The translations under genes were made by a program, and so were the position numbers. A stretch of DNA of 64,000 bases from Thermoplasmatota archaeon (GTDB lineage Archaea > Thermoplasmatota > E2 > DHVEG-1), in contig JAUXAU010000007.1 in NCBI GenBank assembly GCA_030619765.1, positions 465 through 64,464 of the forward strand, in the 5' to 3' direction. This document shows positions 1-8,502 of this stretch, piece by piece. The notes under the pieces are model-generated. The model did not search any database and had not been told where the DNA came from. It was given only the letters and a program-made list of their open reading frames with translations. How positions within the stretch are numbered: position 1 is the first letter of the stretch; the number at the start of each line of letters is the position of its first letter.

Positions 1-2
1 TG

Positions 3-311
3 AATCAAATGATGCGGAGACTTGGAATCAACATAAAAAATATTGATAATGTTGAAAAAGTAATCATTCAAACCGATTCAAAAGAATACGTTTTTGACGA
101 TGCTGAAGTAACAATTATGGATGCGCAAGGGCAAAAAACCTTTCAAATTTCAGGGAAACCTGTAATCAGGGATAGAACCGAGGACACTCTTAAAGATGAC
201 ATTAAACTAGTAGTAGATCAAACAGGAAAATCAGAGGGAGAAGCGCGAAAAGCTCTTGAGGAGACAAATGGTGATATCGCCGAGGCGATTCTAAAACTGA
301 GCGAGTCCTAA
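3..311 (+). CDS. nac: Nascent polypeptide-associated complex protein (archaeal NAC), 5' end cut by window edge
   Basis: The frame is open to position 1. A NAC-type beta segment (KVIIQTDSKEYVFDDAEVTIMDAQGQKTFQISG) is followed by a C-terminal UBA-like motif (GEARKALEETNGDIAEAILKL). Confidence 0.85.
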   Translation, partial: NQMMRRLGINIKNIDNVEKVIIQTDSKEYVFDDAEVTIMDAQGQKTFQISGKPVIRDRTEDTLKDDIKLVVDQTGKSEGEARKALEETNGDIAEAILKLSES

Positions 312-330
312 CTTCTTTTTTAGAGATACT

Positions 331-597
331 ATGAGAGATTGGGAAAATGCAGTAAGCCTGTCAAACAATGAAGTACGATTACAATTACATGTGATACCAG
401 GTTCTTCTCAATCTGTTTTTCCAGCTGGCTATAATACATGGCGCAACTCTATTGAAATAAAAGTAAAAGCCGGAGCAAAAGAAAATAAAGCAAATAGCGA
501 AGTGATAGATCAAATTGCAATGTATTTCAATATTTCACTAAAAGAGGTATGTATTATACATGGGCAAAAAAACAGGGAAAATGATAGTTGCAATTAA
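331..597 (+). CDS. DUF167/YggU-family protein, apparently frameshifted near the 3' end
   Basis: VRLQLHVIPGSSQSVF...IEIKVKAGAKENKANSEVI...IIHGQKNRE resembles DUF167. The family-typical C-terminus (K-MIVAIKNIQIEDVFKKIKG) continues in another frame from about 578 to a stop at 653-655. Confidence 0.65.
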   Translation: MRDWENAVSLSNNEVRLQLHVIPGSSQSVFPAGYNTWRNSIEIKVKAGAKENKANSEVIDQIAMYFNISLKEVCIIHGQKNRENDSCN

Positions 598-644
598 AAA
601 TATACAAATAGAAGACGTGTTTAAGAAAATAAAGGGGTCGTTAC

Positions 645-1031
645 GTGGAGTATGAGAAATCATTGGAAGAGTTAGAAAAGGCTCTCCAGGAACTGAGAGA
701 AGATAACAAAACAGTACCAATACTTGTAGAGGGAGAAAAAGACAGAGAAGCATTGCGAAAATTAGATGTAACTGGAAAGATAATTCGTTTCAATGTTGGA
801 ATGTCAATTTCCAATTTTTGTGATATGATAGCTCAGAAATACAAAAGCATTATACTACTTACAGATTGGGATAGGAAAGGTGGGTACCTCTGTACCATGA
901 TAAAGAAAAATCTAGAAAGTCGAGTAACGTGTAATACAAAATACAGAAAGATATTTGCAAAAAGATCTATGATCCGTACGATTGAAGGGTTACCAGCATG
1001 GATCAATACGTTAAAAAAGAAAGTTGATTAG
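645..1031 (+). CDS. Small Toprim-domain protein (UPF0292-like)
   Basis: GTG start. It has a Toprim Glu motif (PILVEGEKDREAL) and a DxD motif (ILLTDWDRKG). About 128 aa, as in archaeal stand-alone Toprim proteins. Confidence 0.65.
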   Translation: MEYEKSLEELEKALQELREDNKTVPILVEGEKDREALRKLDVTGKIIRFNVGMSISNFCDMIAQKYKSIILLTDWDRKGGYLCTMIKKNLESRVTCNTKYRKIFAKRSMIRTIEGLPAWINTLKKKVD

Positions 1032-1099
1032 ATTAAAAAGTATACTTTCAATCCTCCTACATAAAATATAAAAAACAAAGATTAAGATGGGGAAAAACG

Positions 1100-2365
1100 G
1101 TGCAAGATATTCAAAAAAAACTCTTACCTGTTGAGAGAAAAAACTCAACAAGCATATGTGCATTGTGCAGAGGCACTAAGTTTTTATGTGGTAAATCAAG
1201 ATGTCCAGTTATTGTACGATATCATTCAAAAATAAAGACAAAACCGTTGGTCAGTACGTTGAGACTTGGAGGTGCATCACCCCCAAGTGTTTTTGTAGGA
1301 AGAATGGGCTATCCTAAGGTATTGGTGGGTCCCATGATACCTCCAGTTATGGGAGATACTTCCATAATTGACACACCAGAACTTTGGTTAGATAAAAGCA
1401 TCGATGACATCGTTGATTTTCGCTCACAGCTTGTGAGAGGGAAATTTATGGTGGATGTTTCTGATGTTGAAAATCCTCACAGAGTTGTTGAATATACAAG
1501 AGAGCTTGCACTCTCGAAAAACTCTGTTTTCGCTGATGCATTATTTGAAAAAAAACCATATGGCAGAATTGCGTTTTATGATGAAATACAACCCCACGGT
1601 CCCTCAGCACCGTTAAAAAAGCTTGATATTACAAATCCAAAGTATGACCAGCATATTGAGAAAGCGTTTTATGATACAGACCTCAAATCAAAAGATGCAA
1701 TTTTGGATATTTACAAAAGTGGTGTTAGGGTTTCTAAGATTCAACGTGCATTTAGCGTTGGGGCTTTTGGTGTTAATAAGTATAGAAAGTTTGTCCCAAC
1801 ACGATGGAGCATTACCGCAGTTGACTCACTCATTGGTAAGGAGTTAATGAAAAAAACAAAGACATATCCGTACATCAACGAATTTAGAATGTATTATCTC
1901 AACCAGTTTGATAATCGCTGGATAGTACTAATGACACCAACTGAATGGCAGTATGAACTTATTGAGGCTTGGTATCCAAATACAACCTGGAACCCTTATG
2001 GTAAAACTATTTCGATCTTTAATAGCTACGAGTTTTATGACGGGAGAACAACCTATGCTGAGATTGGGGGTTGCTACTATGCAGCCCGACTTGCAGTGAA
2101 TGAATTGCTCAATAAAGAGAGACGTCAGGCTGGAATAGTGATCATGAGAGAAGCTCATCCTGGCTATATCATGCCAATAGGAGTATGGAATGTGAGAGAA
2201 AGTGTGAGAAATGCTTTAAGACAAGAATATAGGAAGTTTGACACATTAAATGAAGTTTTGTTGCATGTTCCAAAAATTATGGATATTCCTCTTCAGAGAT
2301 GGATAAAGAATAGTGCAGTTCTCAAAAATCAACTGTATCAGAAAAGACTCGAAGATTATCTGTGA
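1100..2365 (+). CDS. nreA: NreA-like archaeal DNA-repair protein (Nre family, DUF650/DUF651)
   Basis: N-terminal Cys cluster CALCRGTKFLCGKSRCP. The length and overall pattern fit the Nre family. The C-terminus QKRLEDYL fits the PIP-box consensus Qxx[LIM]xx[FY][FYLW]. Confidence 0.7.
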   Translation: MQDIQKKLLPVERKNSTSICALCRGTKFLCGKSRCPVIVRYHSKIKTKPLVSTLRLGGASPPSVFVGRMGYPKVLVGPMIPPVMGDTSIIDTPELWLDKSIDDIVDFRSQLVRGKFMVDVSDVENPHRVVEYTRELALSKNSVFADALFEKKPYGRIAFYDEIQPHGPSAPLKKLDITNPKYDQHIEKAFYDTDLKSKDAILDIYKSGVRVSKIQRAFSVGAFGVNKYRKFVPTRWSITAVDSLIGKELMKKTKTYPYINEFRMYYLNQFDNRWIVLMTPTEWQYELIEAWYPNTTWNPYGKTISIFNSYEFYDGRTTYAEIGGCYYAARLAVNELLNKERRQAGIVIMREAHPGYIMPIGVWNVRESVRNALRQEYRKFDTLNEVLLHVPKIMDIPLQRWIKNSAVLKNQLYQKRLEDYL

Positions 2366-2369
2366 TTAT

Positions 2370-3167
2370 ATGAAAATTAGACAGATTAATTGTAAAACAG
2401 CTTTATCTCCTTCTATGTTACCTGGACTAGATTACTCTCTGAACCCCTACAGAGGTTGCGAGCATAATTGTGCCTACTGTTATGCACCAAATGTATTGAA
2501 GATAAAAAGAGAAAATTGGGGAAATTTTATCGATGTGAAAGCAAATATTCCTTTGGTTCTTTCAAAAGAGATTAAAAACAAGGAGCGAGGTGTTGTTGGA
2601 ATCTCTACTGTCACAGACCCATATCAACCAATTGAGAAGAAGTATAAACTTACACTGTACTGTTTGGAGCAACTTCTGAAATATGATTTTCCAATTAGTA
2701 TTCAGACTAAATCTTCCCTAGTAGTAAGAGATATCAATATAGTATCAAAGTTTTCTAATGCTGAAGTGATAATGAGTATTACTACGCTTAATGATAATGA
2801 AAGAAAATTGCTCGAACCATACACATCATCTGTTGAAAAAAGGCTGGATGTTTTAAGAAAATATGCCGATGCAGGAATACAAACCAGCGTTTTCTTTGGT
2901 CCAATATATCCTTCAATTTCAACGGACGAAATTCCTGAAATAATTGATACTTTTATCACATATGGTGCTTCAAAGATATGGATTGACTCCTTGAATCTTA
3001 AACCAGGTGTTTGGAATAGTATCAAAAAAAACATTTTTCATAATCAGGAAATGTATAAAGCTTTTTCAAAAAATATATTTGAAAACAAGGAGTATCACAA
3101 TACATTAAGAAAAGAAATTTTTACGTTGGCTCAAAAAAGAAATGTAAAAATTGTCGACGCATTTTAA
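2370..3167 (+). CDS. Radical SAM protein, SplB/DNA-photolyase-like (COG1533 type)
   Basis: CEHNCAYCY is a CxxxCxxC radical-SAM cluster motif. I prefer the internal ATG at 2370, just after the NreA stop, over the track start at 2313. Confidence 0.75.
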   Translation: MKIRQINCKTALSPSMLPGLDYSLNPYRGCEHNCAYCYAPNVLKIKRENWGNFIDVKANIPLVLSKEIKNKERGVVGISTVTDPYQPIEKKYKLTLYCLEQLLKYDFPISIQTKSSLVVRDINIVSKFSNAEVIMSITTLNDNERKLLEPYTSSVEKRLDVLRKYADAGIQTSVFFGPIYPSISTDEIPEIIDTFITYGASKIWIDSLNLKPGVWNSIKKNIFHNQEMYKAFSKNIFENKEYHNTLRKEIFTLAQKRNVKIVDAF

Positions 3168-3289
3168 AATATTACTGATTTTGATATATACTTTCAGAAT
3201 TACTGTATCGCCAGTATATTTTAAGTATAGGAACTCCATTACTCAGAAAAATCTATTAATAAAACGAATTAAAAATTTAAGTGATATGT

Positions 3290-4186
3290 ATGGCAAAAGC
3301 ACGTGCAAGAACTGCAGCAAGGAAAGTCAAGGATAAATGGCGAGCGAAAAATTGGTATCAAATACTGGCACCAACTTTATTTGATAATGCTCCTATATCT
3401 GAAACTTTATCAGACAAACCAGACAATTTGATTGGTAGAGTTACTGAGGTATCTCTCCAAGATATAACAAACGATTTTAGAAAAGCTCATATTAAATTAT
3501 TTTTCAAAATTGAAAAGATTCAAGATGGAAATGCCCACACACAGTTTAATGGGCACACTCTTACATCTGATTATTTGAGGAGAATGATACGAAGAAGAAA
3601 ATCGCGTGTTGATGGCGTATATGATGTTGAAACGAGAGATGGCGCATATCTTAGAGTCAAACCTTTTGCCATTACCGAGAAACGTATACAGAATTCTCAA
3701 AAAAAGCTAATCCGGGGTGTCATGAAAGAAACTATTACAAAAGAAGGAAAAACAAAAACGCTCAACGAGTTTCTTATAGACATCTTAGATGGAAAAATAG
3801 GTAGCGAGATATATAAAAATTGTAAAAAATTCTATCCAGTAAAAAGAGTTGAAATATATAAGACGGAAATAAAAAGATCACCATCAATAGAAGTTGAAGA
3901 GAAAAAACCTCCAAAGGAAAAAGAAGCTGAAGAACCTAAAGAAACTGATAAAAAAGAGAAAAAAGAAAAACCTAAAAAAGAACCTAAAGCGAAAGAAGAA
4001 AAGAAAACCAAAAAACCAGCAACAAAGAAAGAAGATAAACCCAAAAAGGAACCTGAAGTAAAAAAAGAGAAAAATACAAAAAAACCTGCCAAAAGGAAAG
4101 AAGATAAATCTAAAAAAGAATTGAAATCTGCAAAAGAAAAAAAGGAAAAAACCAATTCGAAAAAACAGAAAAAAGAAGTAAAATAA
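3290..4186 (+). CDS. rps3ae: 30S ribosomal protein S3Ae (eS1) with a long Lys/Glu/Pro-rich C-terminal tail
   Basis: The N-terminus MAKARARTAARKVKDKWRAKNWYQILAP and the core are typical of S3Ae. About 100 extra residues of KKE/KKP repeats follow the conserved ...VKRVEIYKTEI end. Confidence 0.9.
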   Translation: MAKARARTAARKVKDKWRAKNWYQILAPTLFDNAPISETLSDKPDNLIGRVTEVSLQDITNDFRKAHIKLFFKIEKIQDGNAHTQFNGHTLTSDYLRRMIRRRKSRVDGVYDVETRDGAYLRVKPFAITEKRIQNSQKKLIRGVMKETITKEGKTKTLNEFLIDILDGKIGSEIYKNCKKFYPVKRVEIYKTEIKRSPSIEVEEKKPPKEKEAEEPKETDKKEKKEKPKKEPKAKEEKKTKKPATKKEDKPKKEPEVKKEKNTKKPAKRKEDKSKKELKSAKEKKEKTNSKKQKKEVK

Positions 4187-4257
4187 GCTTTTTAATAAAT
4201 AATTTTTTAGCAACAAGAACATATTTATATATTTTAGAATATATTATATGCTGTTGC

Positions 4258-6156
4258 ATGTCAAAACACAATAAGATAATCTATGTTATTTTCATTACAT
4301 TTCTTCTATCAAATGTCATTGTATCTCTAAGTGTAAAAAGTTGTAAGGATATTATAGCAGTTGGCGATGCAACAGACGGAGATTATAATCTGCTATTAAA
4401 GGTAAGAGATCCGAGTAGGCCAGGGCTGCAAGTTCTCTGTATAGTTCCTGAGGGATATGAATACACATATAATCATCCATGGACTGGAAAACCAATGGAG
4501 TTTAAAACAAAGCATAAATTCATAGGTGTCGCTACAAAAGGAGATACTATTCCAAATATTGTAAAAGCAGGGATGTCTCTTAGTGATGCGGGCATATCTT
4601 ATGGTGATGCTGATACAGGTTCGAATTGGAAGAATCCGACAAGGAACGCCTGGGATGACTTTGACTGGATACGATACGCTTGTGAAAAAGCAGATGATGA
4701 AGACGAAGCAGTTTTGTTAATGACTAAGGATTGTGTAGATCAACTGCATGCATCAGGAGTTTCTGAAAATCTTTTTATCGTAGGTCCAAAAAAAGCATTT
4801 GTGATAGAAGCAGATGCATTTCATTACAATGTTAAAGAAATAAACGATATTGTAGTAATGAGTAATTATCCAAAAGAACTGTGGAAAACTCAACGTCATA
4901 AAAAACTTCCAATTGCTGCTTCTTTTGATATGGAAAAAGAAAGTTATGTTAGAAAATGGAGAACGTTACGATTAAATTCGTTATATGGTGTTAAAATTGT
5001 TGGTATTGGTGAAGATTGGATAGTTGCTAGACAACATGTTCCATTTTTTAATCTCCTTAATAAAATGATTAAAATGACGGGTGGTGGGATCAAAATACAG
5101 CTTGGAGAAAGAAAAACTGTTGGAGATTACAGCGTAAAATTATTAGACATTGACGGTAAAAAAGCAAAGATTTCTGTAAGTTATGTTTTTAAAGCATGGG
5201 AAGACAAAATGTTACAACACATTGAATCAAGATATGGAGATATAACTTTAAAAGATATGATAAACTGGTCTCGTCTTCATCGCGAAGATCTTGAAGGTTT
5301 ACGGCCAATGTGTGAAGATTTAGCCACATATGAATCAGCAATGATATACAAGATTCCAAAGAAAAATTATAACGTTTTGAGTGGTGGCTGGTTTTCTGCA
5401 AACCGTGCATGTTCTTCAATTTACGTGCCAGTTCACATATCCAATTCAGATATTTATGAACCTTATAAAACTGGGCAAGCAGCAGAAATATCTATTGAAT
5501 TATTAGATCTTTACGGACATGATACGTTAACTCCTGTATTTATTAGAGTGGAAGACGTCTTTTTAAATGAAACTATGGAGCATGAAAAGATGGCAAATAC
5601 GCTGATAGAAAATGGCTCAGATGTATCTGAATTTTTAACTATTGTAGATACAAGTATACAAGAACAGGCATGGCTAACTGAGCAAATATGGTTAGAAGTG
5701 AGTAAAAGTTCCAATAATAAACAAGAAATTATTGAAATAATAGGCAATATCTGGGGAGAAAATTATTCTGTTTCATTGGATTTGATGGCCAGTGCAATTG
5801 ATTCACTTAGAGATATATCAGAATCAAGAATTACCGGCAAAATCACAGATATTGCACTCAATATTTGTGAATCAAGAATTAATGCAGCACAAACAATTGG
5901 AAAAAACATATCAACATCATATGAAGACTATAATAATGGAAAGAAACTAATTGAACAAGGTGACTATAGTTCAGGTTTTCAACTTATTAAAAATGCATTT
6001 CGTGCTACCGATATGCTGTTGAAAGGGAAATCGTTCTCAGAAAATATATCTCGAGAAGAAAATGAAGGAATTGAAATTCCATCAGAGATAGGTTTTATTG
6101 TAATTGTGTTTGCAACAGTAATTGTTTTTATTATTTACATGAAAAAAATGAGATAA
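4258..6156 (+). CDS. Secreted/anchored Ntn-hydrolase-like peptidase (C69/C45-like), C-terminal TM anchor
   Basis: A signal sequence is followed by SC-KDIIAVGDATDGDYNLLLKVRD (candidate nucleophile Cys at the processing site). ...ENLFIVGPKKAFVIEAD resembles C69/C45 Ntn hydrolases. The C-terminus has a hydrophobic helix IGFIVIVFATVIVFIIYMKK. Confidence 0.45.
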   Translation: MSKHNKIIYVIFITFLLSNVIVSLSVKSCKDIIAVGDATDGDYNLLLKVRDPSRPGLQVLCIVPEGYEYTYNHPWTGKPMEFKTKHKFIGVATKGDTIPNIVKAGMSLSDAGISYGDADTGSNWKNPTRNAWDDFDWIRYACEKADDEDEAVLLMTKDCVDQLHASGVSENLFIVGPKKAFVIEADAFHYNVKEINDIVVMSNYPKELWKTQRHKKLPIAASFDMEKESYVRKWRTLRLNSLYGVKIVGIGEDWIVARQHVPFFNLLNKMIKMTGGGIKIQLGERKTVGDYSVKLLDIDGKKAKISVSYVFKAWEDKMLQHIESRYGDITLKDMINWSRLHREDLEGLRPMCEDLATYESAMIYKIPKKNYNVLSGGWFSANRACSSIYVPVHISNSDIYEPYKTGQAAEISIELLDLYGHDTLTPVFIRVEDVFLNETMEHEKMANTLIENGSDVSEFLTIVDTSIQEQAWLTEQIWLEVSKSSNNKQEIIEIIGNIWGENYSVSLDLMASAIDSLRDISESRITGKITDIALNICESRINAAQTIGKNISTSYEDYNNGKKLIEQGDYSSGFQLIKNAFRATDMLLKGKSFSENISREENEGIEIPSEIGFIVIVFATVIVFIIYMKKMR

Positions 6157-6341
6157 TTTAACGTTTTTGTGAACACAATCACGTTAGTATGTAACACGAT
6201 TACTTTTAATATATAAACCTAATCCTCATATCGTGTTAATGTTTCTCAATTTTTAAAATATTGCACCATCGCTTCGATTGTTATCACCGTAGCCATGAAC
6301 ATATAACAGGACAGCTATTCCGAGTATTACAAGATGGTTAT

Positions 6342-6725
6342 TCATATATTACCTGGTTGCACATCTTCTGCCGCTTTTACTTTCGTTAGGGTGATATCTA
6401 TTATATCTCCATATTTCCACCCTCTTGTAAGAAAATCTATCTCTGATTCTACATGCAAAAAACGCCTTGGGTCTGAATCATCCTTTCGGCTAAAAGAAGG
6501 TATTGCACTCTTAAGCATAACAGATAACTGTTTTTGGAATTCAGGCGGAAATGGGGAACCGTTTGGTCCAGTTCCCATTATTTTAACCGGCATTTCATCT
6601 TTATCATCCTTGTCGTATTCTAGTTTATCAACTGGGACCATCGTTACTTCTACATAGCCCTTCTTTTTAGGGCATGGTCTTATTCCTTTTATTTCATATG
6701 GTATTGTTATTTTGTTTTCACTCAT
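6342..6725 (-). CDS. Hypothetical protein (127 aa)
   Basis: Long ORF in AT-rich DNA with a strong GGAGGAGG Shine-Dalgarno 4 nt upstream of the ATG. I recognise no family. Confidence 0.55.
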   Translation of the reverse strand: MSENKITIPYEIKGIRPCPKKKGYVEVTMVPVDKLEYDKDDKDEMPVKIMGTGPNGSPFPPEFQKQLSVMLKSAIPSFSRKDDSDPRRFLHVESEIDFLTRGWKYGDIIDITLTKVKAAEDVQPGNI

Positions 6726-6749
6726 TTTTCCTCCTCCAAAATTATAACC

Positions 6750-6932
6750 TTATTCCTTTGATTTCCATTCTACACACCAGTCATTATGTTGGACATATGG
6801 AAATTCATCAAGGCCTACATCTTGATCAAACCATGGGAATCTTACACAATTAAAAATAGACGTACTTTGTGTGCGACTTTTATCTATATCTTTTTTGCAA
6901 TAGTTACAATTCTCACAAGTTTCTTTTGTCAT
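6750..6932 (-). CDS. Small Cys-rich protein (about 60 aa)
   Basis: An internal ATG at 6932 is preceded by GGAGGAGG. N-terminal CxxCxxC (CENCNYC) plus two further Cys. Confidence 0.4.
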   Translation of the reverse strand: MTKETCENCNYCKKDIDKSRTQSTSIFNCVRFPWFDQDVGLDEFPYVQHNDWCVEWKSKE

Positions 6933-7214
6933 AACTTTGCCTCCTCCAAAATCGCAAATATACAACATCTCCTTAGTTAAAAATCTTTACTTCCCTACAA
7001 TATGCACGTTACCCCTAAATCTTTGCATCGAAAACCTATGATCCTAAGCAGAAACCTCCAAAATTATTTGAAAAATTTAATTTCAAACCACATTTCTTAC
7101 AGTTAGCCATGTTGCCCCCCTGGCCTATAATTTCATAACAACAACCACTCTATAATATAAAAGGGGCATATTCCATATTGCCAAATTATCTACAACAAGA
7201 ATTAATTATTATCT

Positions 7215-7373
7215 TTATTTTTTTGCATTAGATCGTTCATCATAATATTTGGAACGACATGAGAGAGAACAAAAGCTAAGATCATAGCTTTTAATTATCG
7301 TAGAAGATCTAGATTTACTAGAGCGGGATGCAAAAACTTGTTTATTACAATATACACAGAATGTTTTTTTCAT
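7215..7373 (-). CDS. Small zinc-finger protein, TRASH/FCS-like (about 52 aa, 3' end approximate)
   Basis: My translation from the ATG at 7373 is MKKTFCVYCNKQVFASRSS...DLSFCSLSCRSKYYDE. CxxC ... FCSxxC is the TRASH/FCS-type metal-binding pattern. The ORF is below the track length cutoff. Confidence 0.35.
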   Translation of the reverse strand: MKKTFCVYCNKQVFASRSSKSRSSTIIKSYDLSFCSLSCRSKYYDERSNAKK

Positions 7374-7660
7374 GTCTTACACATAATAATGTACTTAACG
7401 ATTATTTATATTTTGCTATATAAATATATCTGCAACACCAATTCTACTCACTAAAGGGATATTGTGAAAGGGGTCAAATTTGGGGAGGAAAGGTATGGAT
7501 AATCTCTTTCCAAAAGAAATGACCCCTTTTAATGGGTATTATAATCCTTTTGCTTAATAAAATTAACCTTTTTGTAAAATTGTACATCAATGTTAAAATA
7601 TACTCATATATGAGTTTTAACGCACTTTTGAGTAGATTAATGTATTATACCAAAAAAGAA

Positions 7661-7686
7661 AGAAAATACGTTAGAGAGCTTTATTT
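7661..7686 (+). repeat. Copy A of dispersed 26-nt motif AGAAAAT[AG]CGT[TC]A[GT]AG[AG]G..TTATTT
   Basis: AGAAAATACGTTAGAGAGCTTTATTT. Same orientation as copies B and C. Confidence 0.7.
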
Positions 7687-7692
7687 AACACA

Positions 7693-7947
7693 TTATTGCC
7701 AAAACCATACAACAAAGACAGCCAACATCATCATTATCAAAAACAATATTATTATTATAGCACCGAGGATCATTCCATAAGTCCCATATTTTTCGCCACG
7801 CTTTTTTGCCTTACGACCGAGAATAAACGACAATAACCCCAGAGGTAAACCGATAAACCAACCAAGTATAAAAAGAGAAGCTATACCCATTATCCCTAAA
7901 ATTAAAGATGCAATTCCTGAGTCCATATGTTTTGTTTTTTCTTCCAA
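7693..7947 (-). CDS. Small membrane protein, DUF4190-like
   Basis: Gly-rich hydrophobic helices flank a basic loop (GIASLILGIMGIASLF ... GRKAKKRGEKYG ... GMILGAIIIILFLI). Confidence 0.6.
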   Translation of the reverse strand: MEEKTKHMDSGIASLILGIMGIASLFILGWFIGLPLGLLSFILGRKAKKRGEKYGTYGMILGAIIIILFLIMMMLAVFVVWFWQ

Positions 7948-7990
7948 TCATTTCACCTTATCTTTTTCTATAATCATATGTGAGTTTAAA

Positions 7991-8015
7991 AGAAAATGCG
8001 TTAGAGGGTTATTTC
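7991..8015 (+). repeat. Copy B of dispersed motif
   Basis: AGAAAATGCGTTAGAGGGTTATTTC. Confidence 0.7.
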
Positions 8016-8345
8016 TACTTGTTTTTATACTGATTTCAATTGCACATTATTGACTAAAACTCCTTATCCCCTCTCTTTCTTTTTTAATATCTTTGAGGAA
8101 CGGAGGACTTTGGAAAGAAGGCGAAGATTTTCAGCTAAACATAACATTGGGGTTTAAGGAAAGGATTACGAGAGGAAGGAAGTTTTTGTTTGTAATCAAA
8201 ACAAAAACCCAATCTTATTAATCGAATAGTTGTCCCCCGTTGATTCTTTCCAAAGTACTACAATATTCACAGCCAAGATAGAGTATAAAAAAACTTTTAC
8301 AGAAATTTTGTACAAAACGATAAAATTTTCAATATCAATGTTGTT

Positions 8346-8492
8346 ATGTCCAAAATATCTGTTTTTCTGGAAAAAGAAAGAAAATGCGTCATAGGGGTAA
8401 TTTATGTCTTTATTGAAAAGTTTTCAATCCCTGCTATTTTTGAAATCTTTATAATGGATAAACTCTTTAATTATGCTGACTTAAACGTATAG
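8346..8492 (+). CDS. Candidate 48-aa small ORF immediately upstream of the ATP-grasp gene (contains motif copy C)
   Basis: My translation is MSKISVFLEKERKCVIGVIYVFIEKFSIPAIFEIFIMDKLFNYADLNV. The stop lies 10 nt before the ATP-grasp ATG on the same strand. There is no clear Shine-Dalgarno, so coding status is uncertain. Confidence 0.2.
   Translation: MSKISVFLEKERKCVIGVIYVFIEKFSIPAIFEIFIMDKLFNYADLNV
8379..8404 (+). repeat. Copy C of dispersed motif
   Basis: AGAAAATGCGTCATAGGGGTAATTTA. It shares the extended AAAAAGAAAGAAAAT prefix with copy A. Confidence 0.7.
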
Positions 8493-8502
8493 TTCGTTAT
8501 AG

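Noticed and set aside
3832-4222. Two minus-strand ORFs (107 and 112 aa) rich in F/S/L
   Set aside because: They are the antisense reading of the Lys/Glu-rich (AAA/GAA) tail of S3Ae. This is a low-complexity mirror artefact.
7532-7780. An 82-aa plus-strand ORF
   Set aside because: It is Ile/Asn/Lys-rich low complexity, and its 3' half is antisense to the DUF4190-like membrane gene. I kept it only as the context of motif copy A.
7661-8404. The possibility that the three 26-nt repeats form a CRISPR array
   Set aside because: There are only three imperfect copies, the spacing (330-390 nt) is about ten times CRISPR spacer length, a normal gene lies between copies A and B, and there are no cas genes nearby.
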